Positions 11,888 through 22,095 of a stretch of DNA of 64,000 bases are shown here, in pieces. This DNA comes from an uncultured Actinomycetota bacterium (lineage in GTDB: Bacteria > Actinomycetota > Actinomycetes > Propionibacteriales > Nocardioidaceae). A program made the position numbers and the translations under genes. The notes under the pieces are model-generated. The model did no database searches and was not told the origin of the DNA. It was given only the letters and a program-made list of their open reading frames with translations. Numbering within the stretch: position 1 is the stretch's first letter; each line of letters begins with the position of its first letter. Location: positions 504,692 through 568,691 of the forward strand of contig CAVUYR010000006.1 in NCBI GenBank assembly GCA_963745795.1, given 5' to 3'.

Positions 11888-13359
11888 ATGTCCACGTCCC
11901 TGTCACGACCCTTCGTTCCATGCGCTCGGTGTCCCGGACCCGTTGGTCCGCGTGCTCGCCGAGCACGGAATCACCGAGCCGTTCCCGATCCAGTCCGCCA
12001 CGCTTCCCGACTCGCTCGCCGGGCGCGACGTGCTCGGCCGCGGCCGCACCGGCTCCGGCAAGACCTACGCGTTCCTGCTGCCGCTGCTGGCGCGGCTGTC
12101 GGCGCAGCGTCCCGGCAAGCGCCGTCCCGGCCAGCCCCGCGCGCTGATCCTGGCGCCCACGCGTGAGCTGGTCACCCAGATCGACGCGGCTGCCGCCCCG
12201 CTGGCCAGGTCCCTCGGCCTGCGCACCGTCACGATCTTCGGCGGCGTGAAGCCCGGCGGCCAGATCAGCAGCCTGCGCAGCGGCGTCGACATCGTGATCG
12301 CCTGCCCGGGCCGGCTCGAGGACCACGTCCGCAGCGGTCACGCCGACCTCGGCGCGGTGGAGGTCACCGTGCTCGACGAGGCCGACCACATGGCCGACCT
12401 CGGCTTCCTGCCCGGCGTGAAGCGCCTGCTCGACGCGACGCCGCGACGCGGCCAGCGGATGCTGTTCTCCGCCACGCTCGACCGTGGCGTCGACGTACTG
12501 GTGAAGCGCTACCTGACCGACCCGGTGACGCACAGCGTCGACTCGGCGCAGTCGCCGGTCGGCGCCGATGACCCACCACGTGCTGCACGTCGGCAAGGAC
12601 GCGCGGATCCCGGTGCTGGTCGACCTGACCGCCGCACCCGGTCGCACGATCGTGTTCACGCGCACCAAGCACGGCGCGAAGAACGTGGCCCGCCAGCTCA
12701 ACGCAGAAGGGCGTGCCGGCGATCGAGCTGCACGGCAACCTGTCGCAGAACGCGCGCACCCGCAACCTCGCCGCGTTCTCCACCGGCACCGCAACCACGC
12801 TGGTCGCCACCGACATCGCGGCACGCGGCATCCACGTCGACGACGTCGGCCTCGTCGTGCACGCCGACCCGCCGGTCGAGCACAAGGCGTACCTGCACCG
12901 CTCCGGCCGTACGGCGCGCGCCGGCAACGAGGGCACCGTCGTCACCCTGATGCTGGACAGCCAGGTCTCCGACGTACGCGACCTGACCCGCAAGGCCGGC
13001 ATCAGGCCGACGATCACCCGCCTCGGCACCGGCCACCCGCTGCTCGAGCAGATCGCCCCCGGCGAGCGCACGTTCGTCGCCGCCTCGGCGATGCCCGAGC
13101 GCGCCGCCAACGACGAGGCCGGCCGCGGTGGCCGCAACGGCGGTGGCCGCAACGGCGGCGGTCGCAACGGGGTCGCAACGGCGGCTCAGGCCGGAACGCG
13201 GGGCGTGGTCGTGGCCGGGGCAACGCCTCGGCCGCGTCGAAGCCCGCCGGCGGCAACCGCAACCGCGGTGGCCGTGGCCGCTCCGGCGCCGCGACCACGC
13301 AGGCATCCGGTGGCCGTCCGCACAGCGCCGCGTCGTTCTCCTCCAACCGCAGGGGCTGA
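11888..13359 (+). CDS. DEAD-box RNA helicase (frameshifted)
   Basis: PFPIQ, GRTGSGKT, APTREL, LDEAD, FSAT, ATDIAARGI, HRSGRTAR; Gly/Arg/Asn-rich tail. Confidence 0.92.
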
Positions 13360-13366
13360 CCCGAGC

Positions 13367-13433
13367 CGGATAGTCCGTCACGTTTGGCACCGGTCTGCGA
13401 GCCAGGCCGGTGCCAAACGTGACGGACTATCCG
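13367..13433. repeat. Long palindromic REP-like element / bidirectional terminator
   Basis: Perfect 27-bp arms CGGATAGTCCGTCACGTTTGGCACCGG; same family as 13473-13539 and 62537-62601. Confidence 0.8.
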
Positions 13434-13472
13434 TGCGTCGCCGGCTACTTGAGCTCGCTGACCTCCCCAGCC

Positions 13473-13539
13473 CGGATAGTCCCGGCCAATCGGCACCTCC
13501 CGCAGGGGAAATCAGGTGCCTTTTGGCCGGGACTACCCG
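13473..13539. repeat. Second REP-like palindrome (GGATAGTCC family)
   Basis: CGGATAGTCCCGGCCAA..GGCACCT / AGGTGCC..TTGGCCGGGACTACCCG. Confidence 0.7.
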
Positions 13540-13552
13540 TATGCGCGGGCGG

Positions 13553-14784
13553 CTACTTCAGCTCGGTCGAGGACAGACCCAGGAGCCGGCGGGCGACGAT
13601 CAGCTGCTGGATCTGCTGGGTGCCCTCGAAGATGTCGAGGATCTTGGAGTCGCGGGCCCACTTCTCCAGCAGCTCGTGCTCGCTGTAGCCGACGCTGCCG
13701 GCCAGCTCGACGCAGCCGCAGCGTGACGTCGGAGCCGACGCGGCCGGCCTTCGCCTTGGCCATCGAGGCCTGCAGCGAGTTCGGCTGCCGGTTGTCGGCC
13801 ATCCAGGCCGACTCCAGGGTGAGCAGGTAGGCGCGCCTCCCAGTCGGACTCCAGCTGCAGGAAGCGTCGCGGCCGCCGCGCGACTGGGTGTACGCCGGAG
13901 CGGTCGTAGTCGATCTCGACACCGGCCTCGCTCGAGCAGCTCGCGGGTCAGGTCGAGCGACGCGCGCGCGCAGCCGACCGCCATCGCCGCCACCAGCGGG
14001 CGGGTGTTGTCGAACGTCGCCATCGCGCCGGCGAAGCCCTGCTTGGTGTCGACGTCCGGCGTAGCCGAGCAGGTTCTCGGTCGGCACCCGGCAGTCCGTC
14101 GAAGCGGATCGCCGCGGTGTCCGAGGAGCGGATGCCGAGCTTGTGCTCGAGCCGCTCCACGGTCATGCCGGGCGTGCCCTTCGGGACGACGAACGACTTG
14201 ATCGCGGCGCGGCCCAGGGTCTTGTCCAGCGTCGCCCACACCACGACGCGCGTCGCAGCGGTCGCCGGCGGTGACGTAGATCTTCTCGCCGTTGATGACG
14301 TACTCGTCGCCGTCCTTGACCGCGGTGGTGCGGATGTTGGCGGAGTCGGAGCCGACGCCCGGCTCGGTGATCGCCATGCCGGCCCACACGCCCTTGAAGC
14401 GCTCGGCCTGCTCGTCGTTGGCGACCGACGCGATCGCGGAGTTGCCCAGCCCCTGGCGCGGCATCGACAGCAGCAGCCCGACGTCGCCCCAGCACATCTC
14501 CATGATCGAGAGCACGGAGGCGAGGTTGGTGCCGTTGCTTGGTGCCGCCCTTCCCGGTCGACTCGTCGTCGCTCGGCGGCGCCGGACGCCGGACGCGCCG
14601 GCGCCCTGGCTCTGGCCGGACTCGGAGAGGCCGTCGATCATCGCGGCGAGCATGTCGAGCTCCTTGGGGTACTCGTGCTCGTGCTGGTCGTACTTGCGGG
14701 AGATCGGCCGCAGCATGTTCATCGCGACCTGGTGGGCCTGCCGATCAGCGGCCGGAACTTCTTCGGTGTCTCGAGGTTGATCAT
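13553..14784 (-). CDS. Acyl-CoA dehydrogenase (FadE23-like), frameshifted
   Basis: MINLETPKKF, AITEPGVGSD, INGEKIYVT, KLGIRSSDT, EKWARDSKILDIFEGTQQIQ. Confidence 0.88.
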
Positions 14785-16172
14785 CAGACCAGCACCCCGC
14801 CTTCCATGAGTCCGATGGCTCGCAGGTCGCGGTACCACCGCTCGACCGGGTGCTCCTTGACGAAGCCGTGGCCGCCGAGCAGCTGCACGCCGTCGCTTGC
14901 CGATCTGCATGCCGCTTCTCGGCGCAGAGCCGCCGTGCCAGCGCGACCTCGCGGGCGAGCGTCCTTGCCCTGCGCGAGCCGGCAGGCGGCGCGGTAGGTG
15001 ACCAGCCGCATGCGCCTGCAGCTCGATCGCGATGTTGGCGACCATGAACGCCACCGACTGGCGGTGCGCTGATCGGCTCGCCGAACGCCTCGCGCTCGTT
15101 GACGTACGGCGTCACGTAGTCGAGCACCGCCTGCGCCGGTGCCCACGGCGAGCGCGCACCAGGCGAGCGCGGGACGCCGCACGCACTCGGCGTACGTCGA
15201 CCCGTCGGCCTCGCCGAGCAGCGCGATCGGCCCGACCTCGACGTCGGTCGAGGACCAGCCGGGACAGGGACGCGGCGCGCACCCCCATCGAGGGCTCGGC
15301 CTCGATCTCGAGCCCGTCGGTGCCGCGACTCGACGAGGAACAGCGCCGGGCTCGCCGTCGAGCTCGGCGCCGACGACGAACAGCTCGGCGTCGGCGCCGC
15401 GCGGCACCATCGACTTCACGCCCGTCGAGCACGTAGCCCGTCACCCGTCGCGGACCGCGGTCGTCGCGGGCGTGCAGCGGGTCGAACAGCGGGCGCGGCT
15501 CGGTCAGCGCGAGCGCGGCGGCGGGGACGTCGTCGCCGGTGAAGGCGGGCAGGTAGGTCGCCTGCTGCTCGTCGCTGCCCCACAGCGACGATCGCGGTGC
15601 CGACGGCGCCCGGCGCGAGAGCGGCGACGGCCAGACCCATGTCGCCGTGGGCGAGCGCCTCGGCGACCAGCGTGCCGGTCATCGCGGACCGCTCCTCGGA
15701 GATGCCGCCGAGCTCCTCCGGCACGCCGAGGATCGGCAGCCCGATCTCGAGGCCGGCCTTGAGCAGGTCGTCGGGCGCGAGGCAGGCCTCGTTGGCCTCG
15801 GCGGCGGCCGGGCGCACCACCTCGGCGGCGAACTCGGAGACCACGTCGACGAGCATCTGCTGGTCCTCGGTCGGGGTCAGGTCGAAGACGCCGGCCGGGT
15901 TGGCGCGCGGCACGCGGGTGCCGCGCACCCTTCTTGCCGCTCCGGGCGAAGACCGGCTGGTGGCGCCGATCGTGCGGAAGCCGGCACTGGTGACCCGGAA
16001 GACGGTCTGCTCGCGTGCTCCTGCGGATGCCGAACCGGTCGACGACATCGGCCTGCGCCAGCTTGTTGAGGGCGGCGACCATGAGCCCGATCGGGTCCCG
16101 TCGCTCGCTGCTGGCCAGGCCGTTCCTGCCGCCGGGTGCGAGCGCGTTCCTCGCTGCGTCGATGAAGGACAT
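14784..16172 (-). CDS. Acyl-CoA dehydrogenase (FadE24-like), frameshifted
   Basis: FDLTPTEDQQM, EALAHGDMGLA, YVNEREAFGEPI, GVQLLGGHGFVKEHPVERWYRDLRA. Confidence 0.88.
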
Positions 16173-16181
16173 GCCGGTAAA

Positions 16182-16198
16182 TGTAACTCTGAGTTACA
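16182..16198. promoter_or_regulatory. Palindromic operator (TetR-type) upstream of the fadE pair
   Basis: TGTAACTC-T-GAGTTACA, perfect AT-rich inverted repeat ~10 bp upstream of the start codon. Confidence 0.65.
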
Positions 16199-16260
16199 CA
16201 CCTCGCCACAGAAGGCGGGCGTGTCACGGGTCACGCGGTGCCACCCCCTAGGATCACGCC

Positions 16261-16848
16261 ATGCGCGACGCTCCCGAGGTCTCCCCGGCGTCCGTCGTAC
16301 TCCCCGAGGGCGGCACGGTCCGCCCGATGACGCGGTGGGGCACGCCGGTGATGCACACCCCGCAGCAGCCCGTCACGTCGTACGACGAGGAGCTGCGCGC
16401 GCTGGCCGCGGACATGATCGCCACCATGTACGCCGCCGACGGCGTCGGCCTCGCCGCGTGCCAGATCGGCGTCGACCTGGCGATGTTCGTCTTCGACTGC
16501 CCCGACGACGACGACGTGGTCACCCGGGGCGTCGTCTGCAACCCGGAGGTCGAGCTGCCCGAGGGCCGCGACCGCCGGCTCGACGACGGCGAGGAGGGCT
16601 GCCTGTCGTTCCCGGGCGCCTTCGTCGACTGTGCCCGTCCCGACTTCGCGCGGGTGCGCGGCACCGGCCTCGACGGCGAGCCGGTGACGTACGAGGGCGG
16701 CGGACTGCTGGCCCGTTGCCTCCAGCACGAGACCGACCACACCCGGGGCACGGTCTTCGGCGACCGGATCAGCTCACGGTCGATGAAGAAGCTCCGCAAG
16801 CGCATGGAGGCCGCCGCCGAGGACTACCCGCCGGACTGGCCGGCGTGA
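16261..16848 (+). CDS. def: Peptide deformylase
   Basis: GVGLAACQIG, EGCLS, QHETDH motifs. Confidence 0.95.
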   Translation: MRDAPEVSPASVVLPEGGTVRPMTRWGTPVMHTPQQPVTSYDEELRALAADMIATMYAADGVGLAACQIGVDLAMFVFDCPDDDDVVTRGVVCNPEVELPEGRDRRLDDGEEGCLSFPGAFVDCARPDFARVRGTGLDGEPVTYEGGGLLARCLQHETDHTRGTVFGDRISSRSMKKLRKRMEAAAEDYPPDWPA

Positions 16849-17642
16849 GCGACGCCGCCGGCCTGCTCGCGGCGTACGACGCGGATGTGCGGTCGACGTT
16901 CGCCCAGCGGCTGCCCTCGGGCTGGGCGCCCAGCCAGGACGGGCCACTGACGCGCTGCCTGACCGCCCAGGGCGGGTTCGCCATGGCGGCCACGTCCCTT
17001 ACCGAGCTCACCGACGACGAGCTGGCCGGACTGGCCGACCGCACGGTCGCCTTCTATGCCGAGCGGAACCGCCAGTTCGAGTGGAAGACCTACGACCACG
17101 ACCGGTCCGATCTCGGCGCGGTGCTCCGCGAGCGGGGGCTGGTCCCCGACGAGCACGAGGCGCTGGTGATCGGCACCGCCAGGGACCTGGCCACCGATGC
17201 TCCCGTGCCCGACGGGCTCAGCCTGCGCACGGTGAGCTCCCGCGCCGACCTCGACCGCGTGGCCGCGATGGAGTCCGAGGTCTGGGGTGAGGACTGGAGC
17301 TGGCTCGCGGACGACCTCGTCGAACGCATCGCCGATCCGCACGCTCCTGCCACGGTGTACGTGGTCGAGGACGGCGACCGCGTGGTCAGCGCGGCCTGGC
17401 TGGCGCCCACCGTGGGCACCCGGTTCGCCGGGCTCTGGGGCGGAAGCACCCTGGCCGACTACCGGGGCCGCGGCATCTACCGAGCGCTGGTCGCCCGGCG
17501 TGCCGGCGACGCGGTGGCCGCCGGTTACTCCTTGCTCCAGGTCGACGCCTCGGACGACAGCCGGCCGATCCTGGAGCGGCTGGGCTTGCACGTGGTCGGT
17601 GGCACGACGCCGTACATCTGGACGCCACCACCCACGGCGTGA
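16845..17642 (+). CDS. GNAT-family N-acetyltransferase
   Basis: GTG overlaps def stop; LWGGSTLADYRGRGIYRALVARR...LQVDASDDSRPILERLG. Confidence 0.85.
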   Translation: MSDAAGLLAAYDADVRSTFAQRLPSGWAPSQDGPLTRCLTAQGGFAMAATSLTELTDDELAGLADRTVAFYAERNRQFEWKTYDHDRSDLGAVLRERGLVPDEHEALVIGTARDLATDAPVPDGLSLRTVSSRADLDRVAAMESEVWGEDWSWLADDLVERIADPHAPATVYVVEDGDRVVSAAWLAPTVGTRFAGLWGGSTLADYRGRGIYRALVARRAGDAVAAGYSLLQVDASDDSRPILERLGLHVVGGTTPYIWTPPPTA

Positions 17643-17679
17643 CGAGGCACCGGCCTCGACGGCGAGCCGGTGACCTACG
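17643..17679 (+). repeat. 37-bp direct repeat of def internal sequence (16657-16693)
   Basis: CGAGGCACCGGCCTCGACGGCGAGCCGGTGACCTACG vs CGCGGCACC...GTGACGTACG; two mismatches, both synonymous in the def frame. Confidence 0.8.
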
Positions 17680-20600
17680 TGGCCGGCACCGTCGTGGATG
17701 CGGGACATGACGGCCGGTAGGGCACCGACGCCCCCAGGTAGGTGGCCCACTCCGCCCTCGTCAGGTTGCGCCCGGCCAGCCGACACGCGGCGGGCACCAG
17801 ACGTTCAGCGTCGAGCCGCCAGATCGCAACTCCCGAGCCGATGTTGACCGCCAGCGCCTTCCCGTCCGGACGGAGGAACCCCTGCAGCCGGGGCGACTCG
17901 GAGGTGATCGCGTCCCCGAGCCGGATCCGGGACTTCATGTCGTAGACCTGGACGGTCTGGTCGAGCGACGTCACGGCCAGCGTTGATCCGTCGCTGCTGA
18001 GCTGGAGGTCCGACACCAGCCCGCGGGCACCGGCGAAGCTCGCCACAGGACGCCAGGTGTCCAGGTCGGACAGCGTCAGACCACCGCGCACGGACGCCGA
18101 GACCACCTGGTTGCTCGCCGAGACGACTGCGTAGGACTGGTCATGGATCCCCTTGCTGAGCAGCCGACCGGACCGCGCGTCATACGTGGGCGTGCCGAGC
18201 CCGTCGTCGAGGTCTCCCGCCACGAGGATGCGGCGCCGGTCGGGTGTCATGGCCACCGAGTCGATCCCCCAGGCGCGGAGGTGAACCGCGTGCCCCACGG
18301 GGTGGTACGTCGCGGTGTCGTAGGCCGAGATCCCGTAGCGCCGCGACTTGTTGCCGCCCCGCTGTGGCTGGAGGTTGTCAGCGACGAAGAGCACGGAGCC
18401 GTCGGTGGACCGCCAGACCCCTTCGCTGTGCGGGGTCAGGACCGACGACGGCCGGCGCCGACGGGAGCGTGTGTCGTACACGTCGGTCGAGTCGTCGCCC
18501 CAGATCGGGCTGACGATGCCGTCGCCCACCCAGATGGCGTCGCCGCCGGGCACGCGTGCTTCCGGTACGTCGCGAGCGGGGTCCCAGACGGCGACCCCGT
18601 CGGGGACGCGACCGCCGATCAGGGCCGCGCGCCGCGACGTGAGCAACATGCCACCGGCGTAGCCGTCCGTCGCCACCCGGCCGGCGGCCACCAGCCGGGT
18701 GATCGGCCCGCTGCCGTCGAGCCGCCACGCGCTCACCACGCCCGAGTTGGCCGCGAAGGCCAGCAGCTCCCGCCCGTCGGCGCTGACCGCCAGGTCACCG
18801 ACGCTGCCGTTCTGCGGGTCGAGCGTCCGCCCCGTGCGGCCGCCGTCGGTCAGGCTGCGCTCCTCGATCTGGCCGAAGTAGCTGCCGCAGTACAGGGTGT
18901 TGGCGGCATCCGCGATCCCGAGGAACGGGCACGGATCCTCGTACGTGCCACCCCGGAGGTCGACGGTCCAGCGCCGGCGCCCGGTTGCCAGGTCGTAGGC
19001 GACGATCGCGTTCTCGCCGCTGGCCACCAGGAGGCCGTGCCTCGAGAGAAGCACGAAGTTAGCCGAGCTCATCAACGGACCCCGGTAGGTCCTGGTGACC
19101 CGCATCGACGGCACCTGCACCCTGCGGACCGGTCCGGCCATCGAGCCGAGGTACACCGTCCGGCCGTCCGGTCCGAACGCGACCGCCGCCGTGTCCCGCC
19201 GCACGGTCACGCCGGGGGGACGCGGTATCCCGCGCAGGAACCCGACCTGGTGCCCGTCCCGGGTCCGGTAGACCGCAAGGTTCCCGTCGTACCCACCCAC
19301 GAGGGCGAGGAGCGAGCCGTCGCGGTTGAGGGCGAGGTCGCCGCCGCCGAAGGGTCCCGGTATCGGGCCCATCACACGGGCCCCCGTGCGCCGGTCGTAC
19401 ACGCTGAACCGGGTGCAACCACTGGCGTCGGCCACCTTGAACGCCTCGAGAGAGCCGCACCCCTGGCCGCGGTCCCAGGCCACGGCCTGCGCGACGAGTC
19501 GACCGTCCCCGCTGACCCGGATCGTGGAGTAGTTGAGAGCCTTCTTGCCGCTCGTCGGGAACGGGTGCGTCAGCCGTCCGGAGCGGAGGTCGAGCGTGGC
19601 GAGGTTGCGCCCGTCGACCGCGACGATCGCCTGGTTGCTGTGAGGCACCACCTGTCCGTTGAGGAAGTTCGCATCGACGTGCTCGTAGCCCAGGAACCCC
19701 GGCGACCACGTGAACGTGCCGAGCAGAGCGGAGCGGGCCAGTGCGTCCGGCTGCTGTCGGTAGGCCTCCACCGCAAGCAGCGCGGCCAGCGCCCGGTTGG
19801 TGGACCGCAGTGCGAGCGAGCGGCTGGTCAGGGACTCGTGGAGCGAGGTCTTCTCGGCGGCCCGGGCGAGGTTGCCCTCCGCCTGGGCGGTGCGTCCCCG
19901 GTCGACCGCCGCGAAACCGGCCACCAGCGCCACTGCCAGCAGCGCGCCGACGCCGATGACGAGCTGCCGCAGCCGCCGGTTCTGCGCTGCCTGCCGCCGG
20001 TTCGCCTCGGCCATGGCCAGCCGCGAGGAGTGCTCCCGCTGCCGGGAGGCGACCAGGAAGGCCTCCTCGACCGGCGCCAGGGCGGCCCCCGCGTCGCGCA
20101 GCCACTCATCGGTCGCGTCGAGCCGGGCGCCCCGGTAGAGCTCGCTGTCGGGTCGCCCGAGCGCGTCCCAGCCGTCGGCCGAGGCGGCCAGGTGGCGCCA
20201 GATCCGCTGTCCGCTCGCGTCCTCGTCAAGCCACGCGCGGAGCCGGGGCCAGGCCCGGGCCAGGGCCTCGTGCGCCAGCTCGACTGACGACTCCGAGACC
20301 GTGACCAGCCTGGCCCGGGCGAGCACCTCCACGAGCCGTTCCCGGGTCGGATCCCCCACGACGCTCGCGCTCGGCACCCGCGTGCGGAACGGCTCTCCGT
20401 CCGGGGAGGTCGCGACCAGCCGCAGCAGGGTCCAGCGCAGGCCTGCCCGCTCGCCGGGTGCCAGCTCCTCGTAGAGCCGGTCCGCCGAGCGGGCGACCGC
20501 ACCCCGGATCCCCCCGGCGTCGCGGTAGCCGCTCACGGTGAGCAAGCGCCCGTCGCGACGCAACCAGGTCTCGGTGAGGGCGTGGGAGAGCAGGGGCAGC

Positions 20601-21946
20601 GCCCCCGGCTCACCCTCGCTGTCGCGCAGCAACAGGTCGACCAGCCCGTGCTCGAGCCGGAGACCTGCGGTGCGGGCTGGTCCCTCGATCGCGGCCCGCA
20701 GCCGGTCGCCCGTGAGCGGCGAGACCAGGTGCAGCCCGGCCTCGGCCAGCCGGGCCAGCGACTGCTCGACGCCCAGCTCGGCCACGTGGTCGGCGCGCAT
20801 CGCGAGCACCACCGGCGCCCGCTCGGTGGCGTACGTCGCGAGGTCGGCCAGCCAGGCGCGTGCGCTCGCCGGGTCGTCGCGCAGCGTGAACACCTCCTCG
20901 AACTGGTCGACCACCAGCACTGGGTCGCCGCGGGTGCCAGCGAGCGCGGTCGCCATGGTCGCGGCCGGGTCCTGGCCGGGCACCATCACCAGGACCTGCC
21001 GGCCCCGCTCGCGCAGCAGCGGAACGATCCCGGCCCGGAGGAGCGACGACTTGCCGCAGCCCGACGGCCCGGCGAGGACCAGCATCGGGTGCCGGTCCAG
21101 GCGGGCAACGCACTCGGCGGTCTCCTCCTCGCGTCCGTGGAAGGCGTCCCGGTCGTCCGCGTCGTACGCCGCGAGTCCCTTCCACGGGCAGGAATCCTGC
21201 GCGGCTCGCTGCTGGATGTCCTCCAGGCCGGGGTCCTGGCGCAGGATCGCCGCCTCGAGCGCGACGAGCTCCGCCCCGGCGTCCAGTCCGAGGTGGTCCT
21301 GGAGAGCCCGGCTCGCCCGTCGGATCGAGGCGAGCGCGTCGGCCTGCCGACCCTCGCGGTACTGGGCCAGGGCGAGCACCGACCACCGGCGCTCCCGCCA
21401 GGGCTCCGCGGCGACGAGGGCCCGGGCGTCCGCGGTGACGGCGCGGTCCCCCGCCGCGATCCGCGCCGCCACCAGCTCCTCCTCGCAGGAGCGCCGGAGC
21501 TCCAGCAGCCGCTCGGCCTCCTGGCGGCCGCTGTCCCAGTCCTGCAGCTCCTCGAACGGGAGACCGCGCCACAGCCCGAGCGCACGCCGGTATGCCGTCA
21601 CCGCGCGTTCGGGGAGCCCGTCGCCGGCGTGCTCGGCGCCGAGCCGGGCGAAGCGCTCGAACTCGTGGGTGTCGAAACCCAGCCGTTCGGTCACCAGCCG
21701 GTAGCCGTGCGGCGTGGTCTCCAGCGCGTCGCTGCCGAGCGCCTTGCGCAGCCGGACGACGCACCCCTGGACCACCTTGGGCCAGGACGCGGGAGGTTGC
21801 TCGTGCCACAGCGCGTCGGCCAGCTGGTCGGGTGTGAGGACATCGCCGGGCCGGACCGCCAGGGCGGAGAGCACGACGCGGTCGCGTGGCCCGAGCGCAC
21901 TTCCGTTGTGGTCGACGTGGAGTGGGCCGAGGAGGCCGATGTCCAC
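17675..21946 (-). CDS. SARP/BTAD - nSTAND1 NTPase - TM - WD40-like beta-propeller regulator (1423 aa)
   Basis: N-terminal wHTH (LLGPL...LADALW...VVRLRKALG), BTAD (RERRWSVLALAQYREGRQADAL), CPWKGLAAY, Walker A GPSGCGKSS, Walker B LVVDQFEEVF, GALPLLSHAL, TM RRLRQLVIGVGALLAVALVAGFAAV, propeller repeats, C-terminal ACRLAGRNLTRAEW. Confidence 0.88.
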   Translation of the reverse strand: MDIGLLGPLHVDHNGSALGPRDRVVLSALAVRPGDVLTPDQLADALWHEQPPASWPKVVQGCVVRLRKALGSDALETTPHGYRLVTERLGFDTHEFERFARLGAEHAGDGLPERAVTAYRRALGLWRGLPFEELQDWDSGRQEAERLLELRRSCEEELVAARIAAGDRAVTADARALVAAEPWRERRWSVLALAQYREGRQADALASIRRASRALQDHLGLDAGAELVALEAAILRQDPGLEDIQQRAAQDSCPWKGLAAYDADDRDAFHGREEETAECVARLDRHPMLVLAGPSGCGKSSLLRAGIVPLLRERGRQVLVMVPGQDPAATMATALAGTRGDPVLVVDQFEEVFTLRDDPASARAWLADLATYATERAPVVLAMRADHVAELGVEQSLARLAEAGLHLVSPLTGDRLRAAIEGPARTAGLRLEHGLVDLLLRDSEGEPGALPLLSHALTETWLRRDGRLLTVSGYRDAGGIRGAVARSADRLYEELAPGERAGLRWTLLRLVATSPDGEPFRTRVPSASVVGDPTRERLVEVLARARLVTVSESSVELAHEALARAWPRLRAWLDEDASGQRIWRHLAASADGWDALGRPDSELYRGARLDATDEWLRDAGAALAPVEEAFLVASRQREHSSRLAMAEANRRQAAQNRRLRQLVIGVGALLAVALVAGFAAVDRGRTAQAEGNLARAAEKTSLHESLTSRSLALRSTNRALAALLAVEAYRQQPDALARSALLGTFTWSPGFLGYEHVDANFLNGQVVPHSNQAIVAVDGRNLATLDLRSGRLTHPFPTSGKKALNYSTIRVSGDGRLVAQAVAWDRGQGCGSLEAFKVADASGCTRFSVYDRRTGARVMGPIPGPFGGGDLALNRDGSLLALVGGYDGNLAVYRTRDGHQVGFLRGIPRPPGVTVRRDTAAVAFGPDGRTVYLGSMAGPVRRVQVPSMRVTRTYRGPLMSSANFVLLSRHGLLVASGENAIVAYDLATGRRRWTVDLRGGTYEDPCPFLGIADAANTLYCGSYFGQIEERSLTDGGRTGRTLDPQNGSVGDLAVSADGRELLAFAANSGVVSAWRLDGSGPITRLVAAGRVATDGYAGGMLLTSRRAALIGGRVPDGVAVWDPARDVPEARVPGGDAIWVGDGIVSPIWGDDSTDVYDTRSRRRRPSSVLTPHSEGVWRSTDGSVLFVADNLQPQRGGNKSRRYGISAYDTATYHPVGHAVHLRAWGIDSVAMTPDRRRILVAGDLDDGLGTPTYDARSGRLLSKGIHDQSYAVVSASNQVVSASVRGGLTLSDLDTWRPVASFAGARGLVSDLQLSSDGSTLAVTSLDQTVQVYDMKSRIRLGDAITSESPRLQGFLRPDGKALAVNIGSGVAIWRLDAERLVPAACRLAGRNLTRAEWATYLGASVPYRPSCPASTTVPAT

Positions 21947-21956
21947 TAGTTCAGCG

Positions 21957-22028
21957 TGATACCGACCGGTTGCGGCGTCAACGTGGTTGATACCGCGCTG
22001 ATACCGGCGGTTGACCGACGCGACACCG
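21957..22028. promoter_or_regulatory. SARP-type direct repeats with 11-bp phasing
   Basis: TGATACCG at 21957, 21988 and 21999; degenerate GTTGACCG at 22010 and CGACACCG at 22021. Confidence 0.65.
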
Positions 22029-22095
22029 GTCCGGTCAACGGTCCTTCCATCGGCTGCACCATCCGGGTCGCAGCCCCTCAGCGAAGGACACGACG

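Noticed and set aside
13120-13290. GGCCGCAAC repeats as a DNA element
   Set aside because: They encode the ordinary GGRN low-complexity tail of the helicase
15597-17642. 681-aa ORF spanning def
   Set aside because: Only the last ~265 aa (GNAT) are real; the rest is an open shadow frame
17675-21946. STAND protein as an Avs-type anti-phage system
   Set aside because: The effector is a SARP DNA-binding domain and the sensor follows a TM helix; no nuclease or defence context, although an immune role is not excluded
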